A stretch of DNA of 64,000 bases from a candidate division WOR-3 bacterium. Its GTDB lineage: Bacteria > Hydrothermota > Tepidihabitantia > Tepidihabitantales > JBDRVQ01. Position 1 is the first letter of the stretch. Each line of letters starts with the position of its first letter. Positions 1 to 6,278 of the stretch are shown piece by piece. The DNA lies in the NCBI GenBank assembly GCA_039801905.1, contig JBDRVQ010000001.1, forward strand, positions 29,635-93,634, in the 5' to 3' direction. The translations under genes were made by a program, and so were the position numbers. The notes under the pieces are model-generated. The model made no database searches and was not told the origin of the DNA. It was given only the letters and a program-made list of their open reading frames with translations.

Positions 1-701
1 GAGAGGGAGCCGATCTCATACAACCTTCGGGTATTGGCACTCTCCTTCCCTCCCGCCACCAGACCGGCATCAACCTTTCCCATCACCTCCTTAAACATCT
101 TCTGCCGCCAGAAAACTTCTCGGCAGATGGTATTAAAAACGCGGATCTCCGAGAAATCATTCTTCACAATCTCCGAGAGGGCAGAATCCATAAACTCCTT
201 AGCTAAGGTCGTCTGACAAACAATCCCAACCTTATCCCATTTTCCGAGAAAAGTCAAATCCCTTTTTTGAGAAGGGTTGGTAGAAAAGAGAAAGCCTCTC
301 TCCCCCAGGTCCTCCATCAGGGAGATCACCTCCGGGTGATCCTGGTCGCCGAGCACCACAACCCGATAGCCATCCGCCAATAGCATCTCTACTATCTCCT
401 TAACCCTTCTCACATAAGGGCAAGTGGTATCAACCAATCTTATACCATATTTTTCTATTTTTTTCAAGTGGCGCGAAGAAATACCATGGGTTCTTATCGC
501 CAACACTCCTTTAAGATTCTTCCTCACCTTCTTTAAGGGGAAGATCCCCTCTCCTTTTAACTTCTCCACCACCGGCCGGTTATGAATAATCTCCCCTAAG
601 GTATAAATCTTTTTATATCTCCTCTTCGCCTCCGCTAAAAGCCGGAGGGCGCGTTTCACTCCGGAACAGAAGCCGAAGGGCTTAACCGCCAAAACCTTCA
701 T
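1..701 (-). CDS. ispH: 4-hydroxy-3-methylbut-2-enyl diphosphate reductase (IspH/LytB); 3' end runs off the window
   Basis: Not in the ORF track because no stop lies in the window. My translation from the ATG at 701-699 reads MKVLAVKPFGFCSGVKRAL...HNRPVV...TTCPYV...NTICREV, which gives the three Cys contexts typical of IspH. Gene order is cmk-plsC-ispH. Confidence 0.8.
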   Translation of the reverse strand, partial: MKVLAVKPFGFCSGVKRALRLLAEAKRRYKKIYTLGEIIHNRPVVEKLKGEGIFPLKKVRKNLKGVLAIRTHGISSRHLKKIEKYGIRLVDTTCPYVRRVKEIVEMLLADGYRVVVLGDQDHPEVISLMEDLGERGFLFSTNPSQKRDLTFLGKWDKVGIVCQTTLAKEFMDSALSEIVKNDFSEIRVFNTICREVFWRQKMFKEVMGKVDAGLVAGGKESANTRRLYEIGSL

Positions 702-1314
702 CTGCCATCTCCTCCAGCCTCTTTCTCAGATTAAAGGCAAAATTTTTAATATCCTCTTCGGGAGAGAGTGGTTTTCCAAATCGCACCTCAATCTTCGGTA
801 GGGCATAAGAATTTCTCAAACCTTCCCTTACCAAATCCCGGTCAACAATCATCGGAATAATTGAATCCTTCACCCCTCTCACCAGGCAGGGTACCACCGG
901 CACCTTAATGAACTTGGCGATAAAACCGACCCCGGGCTTAAAATCCCCCATCTTCCCATTCCGGGAGCGGGTCCCTTCGGGAAAGATAAGAATTGCCTTT
1001 CCTTTTTCTGTCAACTCCTTAATTTTTAATAATAGCCCCTTAGAAAACCTTCCCCGAGATAAGGGTAGGGCATTAAAACTTCTTATCAACCAGGAGAAAA
1101 ATTTTGAGACCCTAAATAACTCCTCCTTTGCCAAAAAATACATCTCCCTCCTTGCCGCCAAGACCAAGAGGGGAGGGTCAAAATTGGAGGTATGATTAGC
1201 CACAATTATCACCCCTCCCCTGGGGAGATGCTCCCGACCTAAGACTTTAAGCCGGAGGAGGATTTTGGCAATCGGATAAACGAAGAGAAGTCCGAAAAGG
1301 AAGCGCCACTTCAT
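682..1314 (-). CDS. plsC: 1-acyl-sn-glycerol-3-phosphate acyltransferase
   Basis: Has the HxxxxD acyltransferase motif (ANHTSNFDP) and an FPEGTRS block. The N-terminus is hydrophobic. Confidence 0.85.
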   Translation of the reverse strand: MKWRFLFGLLFVYPIAKILLRLKVLGREHLPRGGVIIVANHTSNFDPPLLVLAARREMYFLAKEELFRVSKFFSWLIRSFNALPLSRGRFSKGLLLKIKELTEKGKAILIFPEGTRSRNGKMGDFKPGVGFIAKFIKVPVVPCLVRGVKDSIIPMIVDRDLVREGLRNSYALPKIEVRFGKPLSPEEDIKNFAFNLRKRLEEMADEGFGG

Positions 1315-1976
1315 AAGGTCTTAATCAAATCAATAAAAATTTCCACTTCTTCGGCAATTGTCAGATGGGTGGTATCAATATAGATTGCGGAAGGTAAACG
1401 AACCAGAGGGCTTGCCTCCCGCCAGGAATCGATCCGATCCCTCTCCTGCAAATTCTCCATAATCTCTTCTAAGGGGAGGAGAATCCCCTTCTTTGCCAAC
1501 TCCTTCCTTCGCCTCTTCGCCCTTTCCCTTAAATCACAAAAGACAAAGACCTTTAAGTCGGCATCCGGAAAGAGAACACTTCCGATATCCCTCCCTTCGC
1601 CAATCACATTTTTCCCCTCGGCAATTTTTCTCTGCCACCTCACCATTCTCTCCCTCACCGCTTTAATCTCAGAGAGATAAGAGACTATCCGGTCAACCTC
1701 CGGTCGGCGCAGGTCTCCGGTCACCTCCGCACCGTTCAGATAGACCTTCGCCTCCCTCCCATCCCAGTGGAAATCAATAACCGTGCGGGCTAAGAGGTTA
1801 TTTAAATTATTAAAATTTTGGTAATCTATCTTTTCCCTTAAAACCGCCAAAGTGAATGCCCGATAAAAGGAACCAGTCTCAAGATAGAACCAATTTAACC
1901 TCCGGGCAGCGGACTTCGCCATCGTTGTCTTTCCGGAACCCGAGAGACCATCTACTGCCACCTTAAAATATCTCAT
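1311..1976 (-). CDS. cmk: cytidylate kinase
   Basis: P-loop DGLSGSGKTT. Looks like a CMP kinase over its full length (ETGSFYRA, GRDIGSVLFPDA). Confidence 0.9.
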   Translation of the reverse strand: MRYFKVAVDGLSGSGKTTMAKSAARRLNWFYLETGSFYRAFTLAVLREKIDYQNFNNLNNLLARTVIDFHWDGREAKVYLNGAEVTGDLRRPEVDRIVSYLSEIKAVRERMVRWQRKIAEGKNVIGEGRDIGSVLFPDADLKVFVFCDLRERAKRRRKELAKKGILLPLEEIMENLQERDRIDSWREASPLVRLPSAIYIDTTHLTIAEEVEIFIDLIKTL

Positions 1977-1982
1977 GTCATA

Positions 1983-2010
1983 ATTCTAACAATAATTTCC
2001 AATTTTTCAA
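1983..2010 (-). promoter_or_regulatory. sigma70-type promoter for cmk (TTGAAA-16-TAGAAT), 6 nt from the ATG
   Basis: Read on the minus strand: ttgaaa aattggaaattattgt tagaat tatgac ATG. Confidence 0.45.
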
Positions 2011-2085
2011 TGGTGGAAGGATGAGCAGAAATTGTGCCGGAGAGGAAGATTTACCGAAATGGAACTGAAAATTTAGTGTCAGAAA

Positions 2086-2114
2086 ATGGGGGGTATTTCC
2101 GTATTTATTATAGA
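2086..2114 (+). promoter_or_regulatory. promoter-like element of the copy A leader (ATGGGG-17-TATAGA), 5 nt from the sORF ATG
   Basis: Same layout as copies B and D, which have TTGGGG as the -35. The -35 is weaker here. Confidence 0.35.
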
Positions 2115-2119
2115 GGGCT

Positions 2120-2224
2120 ATGAAGAAGTTAAAAGAAATTATTAAGGTAAGTTATTGGGTTCTAATCCCAACCCTTATCTCAGAAGAGAGATTAAGGAGG
2201 TGTTATGAGATAATTAGCACTTAA
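2120..2224 (+). CDS. candidate leaderless small ORF (34 aa), MKKLKEIIKVSYWVLIPTLISEERLRRCYEIIST
   Basis: The ATG lies 5 nt after the -10-like hexamer. The paralogous copy at 33102-33200 differs by an in-frame 6-nt indel plus point changes. Confidence 0.3.
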   Translation: MKKLKEIIKVSYWVLIPTLISEERLRRCYEIIST

Positions 2225-2320
2225 TAAAAATGGCATTAAATCATAAGACCTTTATCAAACAGGAGGGGTTTATCTTTATAAAAAGGGGTGTAGCATACAG
2301 GGGATGGTATCAGGGATTTA

Positions 2321-2524
2321 ATGGAAGGGATAATAGAAGTTTTAATAAAAGGCGTAATTTTAGACTTAATCGGAGATTTAATAAAGGGTTTAATCAAGAA
2401 TTTAATAGAAGGTCTAAAAGAGGATATAAAGAGAAGGATAATCAGGAGCCTAAGCCAAGGTATAATCCAGAGCCTAATTAAAGGTTTAATCCGAAGTCTA
2501 AATGGAAGCCTAATCCTAAGAGAA
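2321..2524 (+). repeat. 12-nt phased degenerate tandem array, about 17 units (consensus A-T-H-N-R-R-R-N-Y-Y-T-A)
   Basis: Hand-phased units: atagaagtttta|ataaaaggcgta|attttagactta|atcggagattta|ataaagggttta|atcaagaattta|atagaaggtcta... I found no phase-breaking indel. Confidence 0.9.
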
Positions 2525-2676
2525 ACTTTAAGGCAGAGAGATTATTCGGAACGGATATACTCGGAGGCGTGTTAATTTTGGTTGCGGTCATATATCAAAT
2601 AAGAGAGAGAAATTGGAGATATTGGTAGTGATTGGGGTAGATAGTGAAGGGAAAAAGAGGTTATTAGCGATTCACC

Positions 2677-5600
2677 TCATTTCGTAATCACAAGTTTCTT
2701 TAATATCGCTTCTCTTCCTTTTCGGAAAAAAAGAAAATAGATACGGGGGGAGAGTCTTTGGGCATTGAAGAGAAAAGAGTCAGAATATTTCCCGGGCAAT
2801 TCTCTCCTTAAAAGAATATCAACCCGTCGGCCGGTAGCATCATAAAGGATGATCTCCAATCTCCCCGGCCTTTCTACCCGGTAGCTAATCTTTGCCTCCT
2901 GCCGGATAATGGTTGGTAATTCTAAATAGAGGGTTCGCTTCGCTGGTGAAAATAAAAGATCCGGAATGGTAAGGGAAGACATTGTGGTTCTCATCTCGTA
3001 AAACTCTTGGGTATTATTCCCTTTTAAGGCATAGACCTTGTCCTGGGCATAAGCCAGAGAAGCACCTTCTTTTACCCCTCTCCTTTTTCCGGTAATGGGT
3101 AAGGGAGTAAGGGAAAACCATCTCTCTCCTCTGATGTCATAAGCCCAAAATTCTGGACTATTTCCACCCTTAAAGGCATAGATAAGTTTTAACTTTTTAT
3201 CATAGGTTAATGCGCCATCTCTAACAACTTTTGCCTTCTCCGTGGGTGGCAAATCAAACAATTCCATCCATAAACGAAGACGGGGGGCATAGGCATAAAA
3301 CTTATTCGTCTTCCCTTTCAAAACATAGATATTCTGCCCATCAGTAGTGAGGGCACTTCCCCTATCAAATCGCTTCTTTCCTGGACCTTCGGGCGGAAAA
3401 GGTAAGTCTGTAAACCAAATCTCCCTCTCACAATTATAAGCATACCATTCCGTGGTTCTTCTCCCTTTCAAAAAATAGACATATCCGGTATCGCCCAATT
3501 GGAGATAGGTGAGTCCTGCCCCAGCCAAAACCTTCTTCTCACCCGGAACATCCGCTAACCTTAGCCAGACCGGTTCCTCCCTTTTTGTGTCGTAGCGCCA
3601 GAATTCTTTTGTGTTATGACCTCTAAGAAGATAGAGATACCTCCGACCATCATAAGTAATTGCCGCCCCCTTCCCTACCCGCTTTTTCGCCTCCGAATTT
3701 GGAAAACTGTCAACGAATTCCCAGGTGTCATTCCGAATAGAATATCGGTAGAAATCATTTGTATTATTCCCTTTTAAGGCGTAGATGGTGGTATCGTTAA
3801 CCGCCACCAAACATCCCCCACCCTTCACCTTTTTCTTACTGGGTCCTAAGGGAAACTCTGCTTTGGGAAACCAGAGGAAAGCGGGGGTTGATTCCGAGAG
3901 GATTAAGAAGTCGTCAATTAGCCAATAGTTTCCGTGATCACCACAATAGAGGAAGGCGATCCGAACAGTGGGCTTGCCAATTACGAAATCGGTAATTTCG
4001 TGAAGGACGTATCCGTAATCATCAGTTCCTTTATATTTCGCAATACTATGCCAACTCAAACCGTTATCCGTTGAGAGCAAAACTACTCCGGAGTCCGGAT
4101 ATCTTTCATTATCATCATAATCATTAAAGTAACTCAACCAAACGGAATTGGCAGTGGCACAGTTAATTACCGGGGAGATTAAGGTGTCATTATTCACCTC
4201 CAATATCTCATCGGAAATCATCGCTCCCCATCGCCCATTTTTTCTTCCCTTATGCCAATCGTTGGTATTCCAGACCGGAGGTGATTCACTTCCTCCCGCT
4301 CCAATGCGCCAACCAAAAGGTGGATTGTCACCATAAGGTCCCCAATCCCCATCAAAATCTTCCGCATAGAAGGGAGGGAAAACAATCTCTTTTTTTCTCA
4401 CCTTCACCCTCCGCCGGAAAGTATCGTTGCGTGGCCGCTCGTCTCCTCTCAGTTCGGTCCAGACCTTAACGGAACAGGTAACAATCCCTAAATAGTAAGG
4501 GGCAAGCCAATCGGGATTAAAGACCACTCGGGCAGTATCCCTACCCAATACGATAGAAAGTCTCTCTTCGCCTTGATATGAATAACCATCCGGTCCAGTG
4601 ATTTGGAGTTTCACCGGCACATCCCTTTGGGTCAAAAGCCCAACATTTTTCACTGTCGCCTGGATGGGATAACTACTTTCGCAATAGACCGTCTCCGGCA
4701 TATGAATGGCGATCGTTTTCAGATCATTGAGTAAGGGCTGGAAGGTGGAGATCGCCCTCCGACAATTGACCCTCCCCCAACCGTAATTGTTATTGGGATA
4801 GGGTCCACCTTGAATTGGCTGGTCCGAAGAATCAAGGAGAGCGGAATACACCGCCCGATACTCAGAAAACCCCTTATCCAGAAGCAAGGCGACCGCCCCG
4901 GCAATGTGGGGAGCAGCGGCGGATGTCCCTCTACTCACAATATAACCGCCTCCGGGAGAGGCGGAACGAATCCCAATCCCCGGGGCAACAAGGTCCGGTT
5001 TTATAAAATTCCAATCCAGTCTTCCCCAATACTCCGATTGATTCCAGGGCGGAAGATTGGGAGCCGGACCCCGACTGGAGAAACTTGCCACTGTATCGTT
5101 AATATCGGTTGCCCCAACACCAATCACAATTGGGAAGTTACCCGGTGCTAAGTCGGTCATTGGGTTAGGACCATTATTACCGATGGCAAAAACAGGAATA
5201 ATCTCAAGTTCTCTTAAATTCCGGAGGATATTCCAAAAGAGGGTGGCCGTTCTCTCCCCACCCCAAGAGTTGCTTATCACCTGGGGGGCATCTTCACCCA
5301 ATCCGGCAAACCATTGGAGACACTCCGCAATTATGGAAAACCATCCCGTTCCTAACCGGTCAAATCCCTTAGCGGCAATAAATTGGGCACCGGGTGCCAC
5401 ACCGATATCCTCGGGAAAAGGACCAAAACCATCACCACCACAGATTATCCCCATCGTGTAAGTGCCATGCCCATTATCATCATAAGGGGTTTGATGATGG
5501 GCAACGGCATCAAACCAGCCGTTGCGCTCCCGCCAGCGGTTGCCAAAAGCCGGATGATAAACATCAACTCCGGTGTCTAAATTGCCTACGACAACCCCTT

Positions 5601-6090
5601 CCCCGGTATAGCCCAATGCCCAACAAGAATCCGCTTTGATCTTTGTAATGTTCCATTCCGGATCCTCCAAGAGATCGCGCTCCGTTGATTTTGTCAATTT
5701 TGGTAATTGGATGACGAAATCTTCAACCAGATAATCCACTCCCTCCCAATCCTTTATCTTTTTTATCATCTCCGGGGTTGCCTTAAAGGCGATAAAGTTA
5801 GCAATCCAAAAGGACCGCTCATTGGTGATACCAATTTCTCTTAACTTCTTAATAATGGGTTCTTGACTTTTTTGGGCAAAGGCTTTCAAGTAATTAACCT
5901 TCTCCTCTCTACTCTTTCCCTTTAATAAAGAAAGGTCGGCTTCCTCTGTCAGATGGAGGACGATCGGAATCGTTGTGTCAGGTTTTGCCTTTTGGAGAAT
6001 GGTACCAAGGGATGGGAGAATCTCACCGCCGAAGAGAAAGGTTAAGGGAAGGATGGCAAAGATAAATTTCTTGCCTTTCTTTAACCCCAT
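2677..6090 (-). CDS. secreted subtilisin-like (S8) serine protease with six Kelch-like blades and a T9SS/FlgD-Ig-like C-terminal domain
   Basis: Signal peptide. Asp/His/Ser triad contexts are NLDTGVD, HGTYTMG and GTSAAAPHIAG. Six repeats match YxLKGxxTxEFWxYD. The C-terminus (EIILYDATGRRV...) resembles a Por-type sorting domain. Confidence 0.8.
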   Translation of the reverse strand: MGLKKGKKFIFAILPLTFLFGGEILPSLGTILQKAKPDTTIPIVLHLTEEADLSLLKGKSREEKVNYLKAFAQKSQEPIIKKLREIGITNERSFWIANFIAFKATPEMIKKIKDWEGVDYLVEDFVIQLPKLTKSTERDLLEDPEWNITKIKADSCWALGYTGEGVVVGNLDTGVDVYHPAFGNRWRERNGWFDAVAHHQTPYDDNGHGTYTMGIICGGDGFGPFPEDIGVAPGAQFIAAKGFDRLGTGWFSIIAECLQWFAGLGEDAPQVISNSWGGERTATLFWNILRNLRELEIIPVFAIGNNGPNPMTDLAPGNFPIVIGVGATDINDTVASFSSRGPAPNLPPWNQSEYWGRLDWNFIKPDLVAPGIGIRSASPGGGYIVSRGTSAAAPHIAGAVALLLDKGFSEYRAVYSALLDSSDQPIQGGPYPNNNYGWGRVNCRRAISTFQPLLNDLKTIAIHMPETVYCESSYPIQATVKNVGLLTQRDVPVKLQITGPDGYSYQGEERLSIVLGRDTARVVFNPDWLAPYYLGIVTCSVKVWTELRGDERPRNDTFRRRVKVRKKEIVFPPFYAEDFDGDWGPYGDNPPFGWRIGAGGSESPPVWNTNDWHKGRKNGRWGAMISDEILEVNNDTLISPVINCATANSVWLSYFNDYDDNERYPDSGVVLLSTDNGLSWHSIAKYKGTDDYGYVLHEITDFVIGKPTVRIAFLYCGDHGNYWLIDDFLILSESTPAFLWFPKAEFPLGPSKKKVKGGGCLVAVNDTTIYALKGNNTNDFYRYSIRNDTWEFVDSFPNSEAKKRVGKGAAITYDGRRYLYLLRGHNTKEFWRYDTKREEPVWLRLADVPGEKKVLAGAGLTYLQLGDTGYVYFLKGRRTTEWYAYNCEREIWFTDLPFPPEGPGKKRFDRGSALTTDGQNIYVLKGKTNKFYAYAPRLRLWMELFDLPPTEKAKVVRDGALTYDKKLKLIYAFKGGNSPEFWAYDIRGERWFSLTPLPITGKRRGVKEGASLAYAQDKVYALKGNNTQEFYEMRTTMSSLTIPDLLFSPAKRTLYLELPTIIRQEAKISYRVERPGRLEIILYDATGRRVDILLRRELPGKYSDSFLFNAQRLSPRIYFLFFRKGREAILKKLVITK

Positions 6091-6096
6091 AAAACT

Positions 6097-6124
6097 ATTA
6101 TAAAGAAGAAGGGAGGGGAGTCAA
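6097..6124 (-). promoter_or_regulatory. sigma70-type promoter for the S8 protease (TTGACT-16-TATAAT), 6 nt from the ATG
   Basis: Minus strand: ttgact cccctcccttcttctt tataat agtttt ATG. Confidence 0.5.
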
Positions 6125-6243
6125 TCTTCTCGGCAAGGGTTAACAAAGTTATGGTTGATGGTTTGCCCTTGCCAGAGGAATATTTTTAACGCTTTCCCAA
6201 TTTTGGGATGGTCACGACCTCTGTAAACATTACACAAACAGTA

Positions 6244-6271
6244 TTGATCTTATCCGAAATCGCTTTATAAT
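6244..6271 (+). promoter_or_regulatory. sigma70-type promoter for addB (TTGATC-16-TATAAT), 7 nt from the ATG
   Basis: ttgatc ttatccgaaatcgctt tataat cctccaa ATG. No Shine-Dalgarno sequence is present. Confidence 0.5.
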
Positions 6272-6278
6272 CCTCCAA

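Larger units (their letters stand above)
2068..2524 (+). repeat. Dispersed composite element, copy A: leader/promoter + hairpin + sORF + conserved box + 12-nt phased array
   Basis: Positions 2068-2330 are more than 90% identical to 33051-33307. The box AAAAGGGGTGTAGCATACAGGGGATGGTATCAGGGATTTAATGGAAGG lies at 2281-2328. Confidence 0.9.

Noticed and set aside
2155-2171. The leader hairpin TTGGG-TTCTAAT-CCCAA resembles an anticodon arm (U33, CUA anticodon, A37). This would be tempting as an amber-suppressor tRNA explaining the in-frame TAG/TAA codons in arrays B and C.
   Set aside because: No D-arm, T-arm (GTTCRANYC) or acceptor stem can be built around it. In copies A and B it lies inside the micro-ORF. 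All long genes in the window use standard stop codons.
2261-2320. Four GGGG tracts in AGGAGGGG...AAGGGGTG...CAGGGGAT...TCGGGGAT as a G-quadruplex.
   Set aside because: The loops are 8-16 nt long, and copy A has GGG in place of the last tract. This is possible but weak, and I cannot evaluate it without folding or biophysical data.
2230-2481. An 83-aa ORF (MALNHKTFIKQEGF...FNKRRNFRLNRRFNKGFN...) spanning box and array A in the 'FN' frame.
   Set aside because: The equivalent ATG in copy B is frame-shifted by a 1-nt indel and terminates after about 30 codons. The frame also has stops in copies C and D. The frame stays open because of the low-complexity repeat.
2321-2524. The periodic arrays as CRISPR arrays.
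   Set aside because: The unit is 12 nt with no repeat/spacer alternation, there are no cas genes, and the repeats are degenerate rather than exact.
2068-2524. The repeated element as a transposon, MITE or integrated mobile element.
   Set aside because: I could find no transposase or integrase, no terminal inverted repeats and no target-site duplications. The copy boundaries differ between copies (A starts 40 nt later than B and D; C has a different promoter).
4148-5639. A cluster of plus-strand ORFs of 61-134 aa (4148-4336, 4281-4469, 4810-5151, 5057-5461, 5394-5639 and others).
   Set aside because: All lie antisense to, or out of frame within, the well-supported S8 protease gene. Their composition is Pro/Arg/Gly-rich, as is typical of antisense frames.
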